A DNA stretch of 45,585 bases from Candidatus Gottesmanbacteria bacterium RIFOXYB1_FULL_47_11 (GCA_001779455.1 MFKE01000019.1:33201-78785), one strand, 5' to 3'; counted from the stretch's first letter, positions 1 through 9,951 are shown. Made by a program: numbers and translations. The notes: generated by a model from the sequence alone, not told the origin.

Positions 1-243
1 GGGAATAAATGCGATCGCCACACGGATAGATGTTTCCTTATCCGTCAATAATTTTTTCCAATAGAGAAGTAATACGGCGAGGATCGCCCCGAGTTGGATA
101 ATAATTTCAAAGCTTTTTACAAAATCCGTTTCCGTAATTTGTAAAAACGTGCCGGCTAAGATCATGTGGCCGGTTGAGGAGATGGGGAGAAATTCAGTAA
201 TACCTTCAATGATCGACAGGATAACAGCCTGGACCCCGGTCAT
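1..243 (-). CDS. uppP: Undecaprenyl-diphosphate phosphatase (5' part; runs off window start)
   Basis: Not in the ORF track. Hand translation from ATG at 243 gives [30 protein letters not shown]...[13 protein letters not shown], containing the BacA/UppP signature [18 protein letters not shown] overlap with the stop of the upstream ORF. Confidence 0.95.
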   Translation of the reverse strand, partial: MTGVQAVILSIIEGITEFLPISSTGHMILAGTFLQITETDFVKSFEIIIQLGAILAVLLLYWKKLLTDKETSIRVAIAFIP

Positions 244-647
244 ATGTTCCTGAGCACGTAGCGCTTGATGTAGGTAGCGCCGCCGCGCAGTGTCGCGGTA
301 ACCGTAAGCGATGCATTAGTGATTCCGTAATGCGGTGTGCAGACGCCGTGGCTGCATGTGCCGAAGTACAAATCACGTGATTGACTCCCTCCTCCTGTTG
401 GGATAAATGATCCGGCAACGCCCTGATCAATACCGTTTGCTTTATAGCTGAGCATATAATCAAATCGTGTGACTCCGGGGATGGCGTTGAATGAGACAAC
501 AACACTGTGCGTGCCGCGGGATAGTTTGGCCGAGGAATAGGCCGCCCGTGCCGCACGGATACGTTTTTTAAGTGCATACGCTGGCTGAGGGTTGGTTAAT
601 AGGACAAAAAGCAATATAATGGATACTAATGCGACCAGTTTCTTCAT
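240..647 (-). CDS. Secreted hypothetical protein
   Basis: Signal-peptide-like N-terminus (MKK, hydrophobic stretch, AYA), GTCSHGVC motif, TGA-TATACT -10 box 6 nt upstream, coupled to uppP. Confidence 0.75.
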   Translation of the reverse strand: MKKLVALVSIILLFVLLTNPQPAYALKKRIRAARAAYSSAKLSRGTHSVVVSFNAIPGVTRFDYMLSYKANGIDQGVAGSFIPTGGGSQSRDLYFGTCSHGVCTPHYGITNASLTVTATLRGGATYIKRYVLRNI

Positions 648-1255
648 GGGTTAAGTATATCATTATTGCCGTTTTGGTTCTCGCGGTTACCGGTGCAGGT
701 GGTATCTATTTTTTTCAAAAGAAGCCGCCCGTGATTACACCGGGGGAAGTAGTTATCCCGACACCGACGCCGAACATTGAGTTAACTACATGGACGGATG
801 AGGCGGGATTTTCGTTCAAATATCCGAAGGATTTGTCCGTGAATAAACATGAAGAAGATCCGGATAATTATGCACACGTGGAGCTTACCCACAACGCTCA
901 TCCCGGTAAAATTATTGTATGGGTAAGTGATTTGCCCAAAGGGGTGATAAATCTGGCCACTTGGACGAAATTATCATCATTTGCCGGCGCCTCGGTTATT
1001 GACACAACCCTCGGCGGAGAGCCGGCCAAGAAAATTCTCGCGTCTGCTCCGGTTAAAATGTTGTCAGTCGGGACGATTAGCGACAATCTTCTTTTCAACG
1101 TGGAGGCAACCCTTACCGACAATGAATATTGGGCTGGGGTGCACGACACCATTGTCGGTAGTTTCGTATTTACCGACGCCTCAGATTCCGCGCCTTCTTC
1201 CGGAGGCGCTGCGCCAGCTGGAGAAGCGGCAGACGAAGAAGAAATACTAGAATAA
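629..1255 (+). CDS. Membrane-anchored extracytoplasmic protein (possibly PsbP/Mog1-like fold)
   Basis: N-terminal TM, PTPTP linker, GFSFKYP motif, ends with ...TIVGSFVF and an acidic tail. Fold call is by resemblance. Confidence 0.65.
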   Translation: MRPVSSWVKYIIIAVLVLAVTGAGGIYFFQKKPPVITPGEVVIPTPTPNIELTTWTDEAGFSFKYPKDLSVNKHEEDPDNYAHVELTHNAHPGKIIVWVSDLPKGVINLATWTKLSSFAGASVIDTTLGGEPAKKILASAPVKMLSVGTISDNLLFNVEATLTDNEYWAGVHDTIVGSFVFTDASDSAPSSGGAAPAGEAADEEEILE

Positions 1256-1267
1256 CCACCTCTTTTG

Positions 1268-1276
1268 TGGTATAAT
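1268..1276 (+). promoter_or_regulatory. Extended -10 promoter (TGG-TATAAT) for the RRM gene
   Basis: tggTATAAT at 1268-1276, about 80 nt leader, SD AAGGAG before ATG 1360. Confidence 0.65.
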
Positions 1277-1359
1277 TACCCTGACCTAGGAAAGAAGTGC
1301 GGAAGGCGGTCTCTTTAGGCACGTGTCCTCTTTAAGTCCTAAGGAGAAAGGAGTCTCAT

Positions 1360-1626
1360 ATGGCAATTAATTTATTTGTAGGGAATTTGCCCTATGCTAT
1401 GGATAACGACAAGCTGTCGCAGCTTTTTGCTGCAGCGGGTACAGTCGTTTCCGCCAAGGTGATCTCTGATAAATATTCAGGGCGATCACGGGGATTCGGT
1501 TTTGTCGAAATGGCAACCGATGAAGAGTCAAAAAAAGCTATTGAAATGTTCAATGGCAAAGATATTGAAGGCCGTGCATTGGTCGTCAACGAAGCCAGGC
1601 CGCGTGAAGAGCGACCGCAACAGTAA
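1360..1626 (+). CDS. RRM (RNP-1) RNA-binding protein
   Basis: RNP2 LFVGNL, RNP1 RGFGFVEM, C-terminal VNEARPR, strong SD. Confidence 0.95.
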   Translation: MAINLFVGNLPYAMDNDKLSQLFAAAGTVVSAKVISDKYSGRSRGFGFVEMATDEESKKAIEMFNGKDIEGRALVVNEARPREERPQQ

Positions 1627-1650
1627 GCTTACGTAATTAAGGTTATTACC

Positions 1651-1683
1651 AAAAGCCTCACGGCGTACGTCGCGAGGTTTTTT
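1651..1683 (+). terminator. Intrinsic terminator after the RRM gene
   Basis: aaaaGCCTC-a-CGGC-gtac-GTCG-c-GAGGT followed by a T run. Confidence 0.7.
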
Positions 1684-1717
1684 GGTGGAACATGGTACAA
1701 TACCGCAGGAGGTACAT

Positions 1718-2194
1718 ATGAATAACAAACTATTTATCGGACTCGTTGTGTTGTCGGCCGGCGTTTTAGTTGGATGGTATATGATGAAAGGTCAGCAGGC
1801 ACCCGCAGTAAATACAGAAAATGTCCCTGAAGCGCCAGCATCGGCGGGGTCAAATCTCGGCGCGCCGGGTTCTTTTGAAGGGAGCGGTTCAGGCGGTGTA
1901 GAAAAAGGCGGCGTACAAGCCAGATCTGTGGTTACGCTGACAAATACAGGATTTGCTCCCAGCCCGGTCACGGTAAAAGTCGGGACGACCGTGACGTTTG
2001 TAAATGAGTCAACCGCCATCATGTGGGTGGCATCCGATCCGCATCCTGCTCATACAATACTTCCGGAATTTGATGCGAAGGCAGGTATAAACCGAGGAGG
2101 TACATACGAGTACACATTCGCTAAAGTCGGTACGTGGACGTACCATAATCACCTGAATCCCAGTGCTAAGGGGACGGTTGTGGTGACGGAGTAA
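1718..2194 (+). CDS. Membrane-anchored cupredoxin-fold protein (Cys-less)
   Basis: ATG 1718 after SD AGGAGG and tggTACAAT. TM anchor, then FAPSPVTVKVGTTVTFVN...GTWTYHNH...GTVVV, a plastocyanin-like pattern. Confidence 0.8.
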   Translation: MNNKLFIGLVVLSAGVLVGWYMMKGQQAPAVNTENVPEAPASAGSNLGAPGSFEGSGSGGVEKGGVQARSVVTLTNTGFAPSPVTVKVGTTVTFVNESTAIMWVASDPHPAHTILPEFDAKAGINRGGTYEYTFAKVGTWTYHNHLNPSAKGTVVVTE

Positions 2195-4520
2195 CGGAGG
2201 GCGTGGGGATTGGCGCGCACCTGCCGCCGACAGGCTCCGTTCCTTTTACAAAATACTCCGTGCGCCCGAAATAACAGGGAAGCGCAATGATATCTTCGGG
2301 TTTGGGCATAACCTCATCCGGTGTATTTTTTAGAAGTTCCGCCATAATGTCATGCCAGATCGGTGCTGCCCCGGTAACGCCGGACGTAAGATACGGATTC
2401 ATGGGAGCATTATTATTGTTGCCTACCCAAACAACGGTAAGAAGAGACGGTGTGTATCCTATGGTCCAGTTGTCGCGTTTTGAGTCTGTCGTTCCCGTTT
2501 TTACGGCAACGGTTTTACCGGGGATGACGAGGGCGGAATTTGGTCCGAACGCAGACATACGCGCAGTATTATCACTTAATATATTGGTCAGAATCCATGC
2601 CACGCCCGGCGTAACCGCCTGGACGCCGTTTTTGGGGCTGCGTCTTTCCAGTACGCGTCCGGCATAATCGGTCACCTCCAAAATCGGAACAATTGAATGC
2701 CGTTTACCGCCGTCTGCAAGAGATCCATACGCACGCGCCATATCAAGCATGGTTACCTCTCCGCCGCCCAGGGTGAGTGAAAGACCAAACCGTTCGGAAT
2801 TATCCCAAGACTGGATGCCCATTTGTTTTCCTTTCGTAACCATGGCGGGCACCCCGATTTTTGCCAGCGTTTTTACCGCCGGGATGTTATAGGAGTTGGC
2901 TAGTGCATAGCGCAGCGGTACAAATCCGTGAAACTTTCCGTCATAGTTGACCGGCGCGTAGGATGGACTTCCGGGAGTTTTATACACAACCGGTGAATCA
3001 TCCAGGATGGTGGCGGCAGTAAATCCGTTTTCGAGTGCCGCTGCGTAGTTAATTGCCTTTATGGAGCTTCCCGGTTGCCGCAGTGACGTTGTTACATTTA
3101 CATTTCCGTCGTGCGTCGCGTCAAAGTAATCGCGGGATCCGACCATCGCAAGAATTTCTCCTGTTTTAGGACTCGTGACAAGTGCCGCTCCGTTGCCGAC
3201 AGCAAGGGAGGCTAGCGAGTCAATTTGGTTTTTGAGGATATCTTCTACTTTCTCCTGAATAGAAAGGTCAAGTGAGGTAGTTATACGGAGCCCTCCCTGT
3301 TCTACCAGTCTCGGGCCGTATGTTTTTTCGAGCAGGTTTTTGACGTACATGACAAAATGAGGCGCGCGGATAGCGGTGTTTTGCGCAGCGAAGCGGATGG
3401 GGGTAGCAAGCGCTTTTGTCTCCTCTTGCGCACTAATATAGCGATCTTCTTTCATCCTGCGGAGCGTTTCTCTCTGCCGCTCAAATGCTTTTTCCGGATG
3501 AGTTCCGAACGGGGAATATTCGCTGGGTGCTGCCGGTAATCCCGCAAGAAGCGTTGCTTCGGCAAGATTTAGATTTTTGACAGATTTACCAAAATACGTT
3601 TGTGATGCCGCCTCTACACCCCATGCGGTACCGCCATAGGGCACCTGGTTAAGATACATTTCCAGTAGTTGGTCTTTGGTATAAATTCGTTCTGCCCAAA
3701 ATGCGAGGATAAGCTCTTTTAGCTTTCGGGTAAAGGTGACTTCCGGGGAAAGAAGCGCGGATTTGATAAGTTGTTGCGTGATTGTGGATCCGCCCTGAAT
3801 GCGATGGTTTAACACGGTTTCCCGTGCAGCCCGAAGAATTCCGGAGAGGGAAAATCCCGGATGACGGTAAAAATTTTTATCTTCAATGGCAATAGTTGCC
3901 TCTTGGACGAATCTCGGAATGTCTGAAAGTGGCAGAGGGGTACGGTTTTGGTTTGTATAGATTTCGTAAAGAAGAATACCGTTCCGGTCAAAAATTTTTG
4001 TTGTTACCGCCAAATCGCGTCGCGTCAGGAGTTGCGGATTCGGAAGGGTCTGAAGCCATCTGTAGCTTTCGTACGGGATAAGGAAAAACAGTATAGTAAT
4101 ACACATGCCGGCAATAAATGATTTGATTTGCTCCGGTTTGGAAGAAGCCAGTTTGACTGCCGGCTTTTTCCATTTTGGTATTTGAAACTTCGGAAACGAA
4201 ATTTCAGGAAAGGAGACGCGCGGTAACCTAGGTATACCTATGTGCGGTAGTGATATATGGGGAAGATGCAGATAAATTGATGGTTTTTTTCGCGTACGGC
4301 CGGGAATTTTTTTACCTATATCGCAAAGACCCGAAGCGCTTCGGTTAATGTACTGAGCGGTTGTTCTACCCCAGGACTGCAGTAGTCGCCAGAGAAGACG
4401 GAATGGATAACGGATAACGTCACCAACAATGATAAATGCGGTTAGTATAAAGGCGATAAATCGAAGCGCCCAAGTTTCCTGAGATTGTGCTGATTTATTT
4501 GGATTGTTACGGCGGGCCAT
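2166..4520 (-). CDS. Class A penicillin-binding protein (transglycosylase/transpeptidase) with long basic Pro-rich N-terminus
   Basis: TG motifs EDKNFYRH and GGSTITQQ; TP motifs SSIK, SYN, KTG. Start moved to MARR (4520) because the track start overlaps the upstream gene and a -10 box lies 9 nt before 4520. Confidence 0.93.
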   Translation of the reverse strand: MARRNNPNKSAQSQETWALRFIAFILTAFIIVGDVIRYPFRLLWRLLQSWGRTTAQYINRSASGLCDIGKKIPGRTRKKPSIYLHLPHISLPHIGIPRLPRVSFPEISFPKFQIPKWKKPAVKLASSKPEQIKSFIAGMCITILFFLIPYESYRWLQTLPNPQLLTRRDLAVTTKIFDRNGILLYEIYTNQNRTPLPLSDIPRFVQEATIAIEDKNFYRHPGFSLSGILRAARETVLNHRIQGGSTITQQLIKSALLSPEVTFTRKLKELILAFWAERIYTKDQLLEMYLNQVPYGGTAWGVEAASQTYFGKSVKNLNLAEATLLAGLPAAPSEYSPFGTHPEKAFERQRETLRRMKEDRYISAQEETKALATPIRFAAQNTAIRAPHFVMYVKNLLEKTYGPRLVEQGGLRITTSLDLSIQEKVEDILKNQIDSLASLAVGNGAALVTSPKTGEILAMVGSRDYFDATHDGNVNVTTSLRQPGSSIKAINYAAALENGFTAATILDDSPVVYKTPGSPSYAPVNYDGKFHGFVPLRYALANSYNIPAVKTLAKIGVPAMVTKGKQMGIQSWDNSERFGLSLTLGGGEVTMLDMARAYGSLADGGKRHSIVPILEVTDYAGRVLERRSPKNGVQAVTPGVAWILTNILSDNTARMSAFGPNSALVIPGKTVAVKTGTTDSKRDNWTIGYTPSLLTVVWVGNNNNAPMNPYLTSGVTGAAPIWHDIMAELLKNTPDEVMPKPEDIIALPCYFGRTEYFVKGTEPVGGRCAPIPTPSVTPSPQPSP

Positions 4521-4584
4521 AGTGGTGGAGTTATAGCACAAAAATGAGTCGTAAAACAAGAGGGAAGATGAGTGCGCGTACTGT

Positions 4585-6819
4585 CTATTTAATAAATACC
4601 GGTTTTTCGACAGTGCGTTGGCAATCCAAACACCAGACGGATATCCCATCACGGACGATCTGATGTTCCTGTGTTTCCACATTTGCACCGGGTTTGTTTG
4701 GCTCAACGATATCTCCCGTATCTTTATCTATTACAACTGTTTGTTTCAGATTTTCTCTCTCTGTGGGCACCGTTCCCTTGATAAAATATTCAAATCGAGT
4801 TGCACAGCCGCGGTCTCCCGCGTTTGGATCAGGGTTCGGTGGCAAGAGACCTGTGGTCGTACACACCTGCGCACCGACAATACCGTCGGGTTGTTTGGGC
4901 CAAACGTCAGGTTGTCCGGTAATGGCACGCACCATGAGTTTGTGCCAAATGGGTGCTGCCCCGGATACACCGGACACCAGATATGGATTCATCGGCGTAT
5001 TATCGTTATTGCCGACCCATGTAGCGACCAATACCTGCGGCGTATAGCCGATGGTCCAGTTATCCCTCAGGTCATTGGTAGTTCCTGTTTTGACCGATAC
5101 AGCGCGGTTGGGTATGTACAATTCCGATGCAGGACCAAATGCTGCTTGGCGAGCGTTGTTATCCAGGAGTATATGTGAGATGAGAAACGCAGTTTCTGGT
5201 GATACGACGCGCGGGCCCTGAATAAGAAGTTGCGACATCATATCTTTCCCGAGGTTGGGGTCTTTGTACTGGTCAAGCACTTTCCCATTTTTATCGACAA
5301 CCTTGAGAATCGCAATAAGATCACGGCGTATGCCGCCGTTGGCAAATACGCCGAAGGCGGCGGCCATATCGGTCATATGGATTTCGCCCCCGCCCAGGGT
5401 GAGTGACAATCCATACAGCGACGGATCTTTGAGTGTGGTCAACCCGAAAGCGCTAGCTGAGGCCACCATATCGGTGACCGTATTCATATAGAGCATTTTG
5501 ACTGCAGGAATATTAAATGAATTCCCCAGAGCCATCCGCAGTTGTACAGGTCCGCGGAATTTGCCGTCATAATTTCTCGGGCAGTAGGTGGGTTGGCCGG
5601 GAGAGCTGCCGAAACAGGTAGGCTCATCGATAAACATAGTTGCCGGCGTCACGATGTGCTTTTCCAGGCCGATTGCATAATTGATCGGTTTGATGGAAGA
5701 CCCGGGTTGCCGTAGTGCCGTCGTGACATTAAAGTTTCCCGACGGGCTGGCAAAATAGTCTACCGATCCGACCATCGCAAGAATTTCTCCCGTTGCAGGG
5801 CGTGTGATGAGTGCAGCGCCGTTGGTCACGCGGTAATTTTTGAGTTTAGCGACTTCTGCCGCAACCGTTGACTGCGCATACTCCTGAAGATCCAGATCGA
5901 GGGTTGTCGTGACTTTGAGTCCGCCGCGCTCAACCAGCGCCTCGCCGTATTTTTCAACAAGCTGCTCTTTGACATACATAACAAAGTGAGGCGCCTTTAT
6001 GCCGGATGTTTGTTTATATTCAATAGGAGTGTTTGCGGCTTCGTCTGCTTGACCCTGGGTAATATAACGGTCTTCCGTCATTCTCCGGAGTACTTCCTTC
6101 TGCCGCATTTGAGCAAGTTCCGGATGTGCTCCGAATGGGGAGTATTGCGTCGGCGCCTGAGGGAGACCGGAAAGAAGCGCTGCTTCGGCAAGCGACAGAT
6201 CACGGACGTTTTTGCCGAAATAGCGTTCTGATGCAGATTCGATGCCCCATGCAGTGCCTCCGTAGGGGACCTGGTTGAGATAGAGTTCGAGGATTTTATC
6301 TTTAGGATAGAGAACTTCTACCCATGTTGCCAAAATAATTTCTTTGATTTTACGGATGACGGTCCGCTCAGAGGTGAGGAGCGCAGATTTCACCAGCTGC
6401 TGCGTGATTGTAGAGCCGCCCTGAAGTTGCCGGTGCGTGACATCCGCAACAAGTGCCCGCAGGAGCCCTCCGATGACATTTACTCCGTTATGTTTATAGA
6501 AATCTTTATCTTCTATTGCGATGGTGGCCTGTTGGACGTGTTTGGGGATTTCACTAAGCGGTACCGGCGTGCGGTTTTGATCTGCAAAAATATCAAACAG
6601 GAGTGTGCCGCTCCGGTCATAAATTTTTGTCGCAATCGGAATATCATACCGGCCAAGTTTGGTTGGCGAGGGTAAGTCTTTAAAAATTAAAAGATATGAA
6701 AGGAGAACAAACGCCAGCGGTACTATCCAAAATGCATAAAAAACAGGTGGAAATTTTACCCCTGGTTTTTTTTGAAACAACGCAGTTCGAATGCGTTTGA
6801 TTTGTGTACGGAATATCAT
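4585..6819 (-). CDS. Class A penicillin-binding protein (paralog)
   Basis: EDKDFYKH, GGSTITQQ, SSIK, SFN and KTG motifs; single N-terminal TM. Confidence 0.95.
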   Translation of the reverse strand: MIFRTQIKRIRTALFQKKPGVKFPPVFYAFWIVPLAFVLLSYLLIFKDLPSPTKLGRYDIPIATKIYDRSGTLLFDIFADQNRTPVPLSEIPKHVQQATIAIEDKDFYKHNGVNVIGGLLRALVADVTHRQLQGGSTITQQLVKSALLTSERTVIRKIKEIILATWVEVLYPKDKILELYLNQVPYGGTAWGIESASERYFGKNVRDLSLAEAALLSGLPQAPTQYSPFGAHPELAQMRQKEVLRRMTEDRYITQGQADEAANTPIEYKQTSGIKAPHFVMYVKEQLVEKYGEALVERGGLKVTTTLDLDLQEYAQSTVAAEVAKLKNYRVTNGAALITRPATGEILAMVGSVDYFASPSGNFNVTTALRQPGSSIKPINYAIGLEKHIVTPATMFIDEPTCFGSSPGQPTYCPRNYDGKFRGPVQLRMALGNSFNIPAVKMLYMNTVTDMVASASAFGLTTLKDPSLYGLSLTLGGGEIHMTDMAAAFGVFANGGIRRDLIAILKVVDKNGKVLDQYKDPNLGKDMMSQLLIQGPRVVSPETAFLISHILLDNNARQAAFGPASELYIPNRAVSVKTGTTNDLRDNWTIGYTPQVLVATWVGNNDNTPMNPYLVSGVSGAAPIWHKLMVRAITGQPDVWPKQPDGIVGAQVCTTTGLLPPNPDPNAGDRGCATRFEYFIKGTVPTERENLKQTVVIDKDTGDIVEPNKPGANVETQEHQIVRDGISVWCLDCQRTVEKPVFIK

Positions 6820-6882
6820 GTATCTATTATATCAAGAACATGAATAAGACTGTATAATAGAGGGTAGAAAGGAAATTACATT

Positions 6883-7500
6883 ATGTATACGTTACCGGAA
6901 TTGCCTTATGCATACGACGCGCTTGAGCCATATATAGATACGCGGACGATGACGGTTCATCACGATAAGCACCATGCGACATATGTGAAGAATCTTAATG
7001 ATGCGCTGGCTCCGATCGGATCGGAGCTGGCTGGTTTGTTTGAGGGTACTCCCGTGGAAGAATTGCTGAAAAAACTTGATGACGTGCCGGAAGCGGTGAG
7101 AACGAAGGTAAAAAATAACGCGGGCGGCCATGCGAATCACAGCTTATTCTGGACAATAATGAGTCCGGTAAAATCCGCTCCAACGGGAAAATTGCTTGAG
7201 GCGCTCAATACTGCGTTCGGAAGCCCTGAAAAATTTCAGGAGGTATTCAGTACTGCCGCGCTCAATCGCTTCGGATCCGGTTGGGTTTGGCTTGTTCTTG
7301 ATGGCGGAAAGCTGGCGATCATGGATACGCCAAATCAGGATAGCCCGGTGAGCGTCGGCGCTACTTCCATTCTCACGCTTGACGTGTGGGAGCACGCATA
7401 CTATCTGAAATATCAAAATATGCGGGCGGACTATATTACAGCATGGTGGAATGTTGTGAATTGGACTGAGGTTGCCCGGCGATTCACTACAGCTTCATGA
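6883..7500 (+). CDS. sodA: Mn(/Fe) superoxide dismutase
   Basis: [28 protein letters not shown] (GGH is typical of the Mn type), DVWEHAYY. Confidence 0.95.
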   Translation: MYTLPELPYAYDALEPYIDTRTMTVHHDKHHATYVKNLNDALAPIGSELAGLFEGTPVEELLKKLDDVPEAVRTKVKNNAGGHANHSLFWTIMSPVKSAPTGKLLEALNTAFGSPEKFQEVFSTAALNRFGSGWVWLVLDGGKLAIMDTPNQDSPVSVGATSILTLDVWEHAYYLKYQNMRADYITAWWNVVNWTEVARRFTTAS

Positions 7501-8240
7501 AAATTGATCCTTTTTTTGCGCCGCCTCCGGCGAAACGGCCGGAGGATGTTACCCTTTTTGCGGGAGGTCAACACACAGGGGAACGAACCATTCAGGAAGA
7601 TGCACTTGCACATTTGAATGATGAATGTTTTGTGGTTGCCGACGGCGTGGGAAGTTTGCCGCATGCTTCGCTGGCGGCGACATTGACGGCAAATACCGCA
7701 ATATGGGCATATAAGGTGGTGCGCACCCGCCCGTTTTATTGGGGGGAAAAGCTCGAGCTTTTAAAGCGTATTTTCCGATCGACAAATCTTACCCTTTGGC
7801 AAAAGCGTCGGGAGAAAGGGTTTGAACAGGGGCTTGCAGCAGCCCTTGCCCTCGTCATCATCGGACCTGATAATTTTTGGGTCGGCTCCTCCGGCAATTG
7901 CAGTTGTTTTCTGTACCGCGAAAGCCTGATTGATGAACTGATTACTCCGGATATCGACGGGGAGGGTATGCTTACGAAAGCGGTCGGATTTGCACGGAAA
8001 CAACTTATTCCGATGCGCAGGTCTGAAAAATTTTTACACGACGACGTTATTCTTCTTTGCACGGATGGTGTAGCAAACTATGTGACGGAGGATCAGATGC
8101 GCAGCGTCTTTGAACAGACCGGCCGTTCGGCAGACTCCATGTCAGTTGCTCTCAACAACCTGCTCACTATAGCACGGCAAAACGGTAGTGACGACAATAT
8201 GGCTGCGTGGCTGATTAAACGTATTACTCAAGAGTTCTAA
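7497..8240 (+). CDS. PP2C/PPM-family Ser/Thr protein phosphatase
   Basis: QED, VADGVG, LCTDGV and DDN motifs; the usual GDSR reads GNCS. ATGA-coupled to sodA. Confidence 0.85.
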   Translation: MKIDPFFAPPPAKRPEDVTLFAGGQHTGERTIQEDALAHLNDECFVVADGVGSLPHASLAATLTANTAIWAYKVVRTRPFYWGEKLELLKRIFRSTNLTLWQKRREKGFEQGLAAALALVIIGPDNFWVGSSGNCSCFLYRESLIDELITPDIDGEGMLTKAVGFARKQLIPMRRSEKFLHDDVILLCTDGVANYVTEDQMRSVFEQTGRSADSMSVALNNLLTIARQNGSDDNMAAWLIKRITQEF

Positions 8241-8287
8241 ATTCTGGTGCTTGGTGCGGGTAGTTGAGTGCTTTATACTAAATAGAT

Positions 8288-9772
8288 ATGCCCAACGATT
8301 TTTTTCAACCGCTATCCGACACGCAAACGCCCCCGGGATACAATTATTTCAACGGGTCATCGTGGGTAGTAGGTTCCAGCGGTAAAACAAATGCAATCAC
8401 GTCTCCGGTTGACAACAGCGTGGTCGGATCCGTGCCCGTTGTGTCAACCGCAGAAATTGACTCCATCCTTAAAAAGCTGAAGGCAGCCCAACCGGCGTGG
8501 GAGGCAACGCCGCTCAACCAGCGGGTCAAACTCATGCATCTGGTCGCCGATTGGGTGAAGCACCATGAGGAATATCTGACTGCGCTTATGGTTCGTGAGA
8601 TCGGTAAGTCGGTGGGAGAAGCCAAAAGTGAAATTATCCGCACCGCAGAGCTCACGGATTATTTTGCAGATGAAGTCCAATCCATACACGGAGAGACTGT
8701 GGATAGCGATAATTTTCCGGGATATGATAAAGGAAGAATTGCAATTATTGACCGGGCTGCTCATGGCGTCGTTCTGTGTATAGCCCCGTTTAATTATCCG
8801 GTAAATCTTGCGGCAAGCAAAATTGTTCCCGCACTTCTCATGGGAAACACGGTGCTATTCAAACCTCCCACGCAGGGCGCGCTTTGTGGACTACATTTGG
8901 CACGGATTTTTGAAAAAGCAGGCCTGCCGCCGGACGTATTTGCCTGTGTTACCGGCGGGGGATCCCAGGTCGGTGACTATTTAGTTTCACACCCGTTAGT
9001 AGATTCGGTTGCGTTTACCGGAAGTTCCGATACGGGAGTTGCAATAGCAGGCCGTGCGCCAATGAAGCCGCTTCTGTTTGAATGCGGGGGAAATAATGCC
9101 GCGATTGTGTTTCCGGATGCCGACATGGCCCTCACCGCAAAAGAAATCGTTAAGGGGGGATTTTCCTATGCGGGTCAACGGTGTACGGCAATTAAATATG
9201 TCCTCGCCACACAAAACATTATAGATACACTTCTCCCGGTCGTTCTTGAACAAATGAAAACACTCGTGAAAGTCGGTGACCCGAGGAGTCCGGAAACGAA
9301 ACTCGTCGGCCCCGTCATTTCCACGGAAGTTGCCAAAACGTATCAGGGTTGGATTGACGAGTCGGTTTCCCGCGGCGCAAAAGTGGTTTGCGGCGGGACA
9401 CACGAGAATGCGTATATGCAGCCGACCATCCTAAGCGGTGTTGCACCGGATATGCCGGTCGTTGCGCGCGAACTCTTCGGGCCGGTAATTTCCTTCATCA
9501 CAATTACCGGTATGGGAGAAGCATCTGCCATCATCAATGCAACGCGGTTCGGACTGCAAGCCTGTGTGTTTACGCGTGATGAGGGGACGGGACTGCAGTT
9601 TGCCAAATCTCTTAACGTCGGTTCTGTGCAGGTGAACGGGTCACCTCAGCGCGGACCGGACCATTTTCCGTTTTTGGGCGTGAAACAGTCGGGGATCGGT
9701 GTGCAGGGAGTGCACTATTCACTGGAAGCAATGAGCCGTTTGAAGTCAGTCGTCCTCAATAAACCTCAATGA
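8288..9772 (+). CDS. gapN: Non-phosphorylating NADP-dependent glyceraldehyde-3-phosphate dehydrogenase (ALDH family)
   Basis: PFNYPVNLAASKI, KPPTQG, FSYAGQRCTAIK, QRGPDHFPFLGVKQSG are characteristic of GapN. Confidence 0.85.
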   Translation: MPNDFFQPLSDTQTPPGYNYFNGSSWVVGSSGKTNAITSPVDNSVVGSVPVVSTAEIDSILKKLKAAQPAWEATPLNQRVKLMHLVADWVKHHEEYLTALMVREIGKSVGEAKSEIIRTAELTDYFADEVQSIHGETVDSDNFPGYDKGRIAIIDRAAHGVVLCIAPFNYPVNLAASKIVPALLMGNTVLFKPPTQGALCGLHLARIFEKAGLPPDVFACVTGGGSQVGDYLVSHPLVDSVAFTGSSDTGVAIAGRAPMKPLLFECGGNNAAIVFPDADMALTAKEIVKGGFSYAGQRCTAIKYVLATQNIIDTLLPVVLEQMKTLVKVGDPRSPETKLVGPVISTEVAKTYQGWIDESVSRGAKVVCGGTHENAYMQPTILSGVAPDMPVVARELFGPVISFITITGMGEASAIINATRFGLQACVFTRDEGTGLQFAKSLNVGSVQVNGSPQRGPDHFPFLGVKQSGIGVQGVHYSLEAMSRLKSVVLNKPQ

Positions 9773-9939
9773 GGCTTCGGTTGCGGCGGCTGCGGCGGCT
9801 GTTTTTTTATTTCAACGCCCCGAATAGTGCTCGTAATTATTTTTGGCTCCCATCCCGGGGGAGGATTATGTTCTGGCTTTGGCAGATTCCCTTTTCCCAT
9901 TCCACCGGATCTTGCGCAAAATTCTAATCGTAACGGCAT
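9766..9939 (-). CDS. Putative 57-aa Pro/Gln-rich small protein (below ORF-track cutoff)
   Basis: Hand translation: MPLRLEFCARSGGMGKGNLPKPEHNPPPGWEPKIITSTIRGVEIKKQPPQPPQPKPH*. Starts 12 nt after the PRTase stop and fills the gap to gapN. Confidence 0.5.
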   Translation of the reverse strand: MPLRLEFCARSGGMGKGNLPKPEHNPPPGWEPKIITSTIRGVEIKKQPPQPPQPKPH

Positions 9940-9951
9940 ATAAAATATTCT

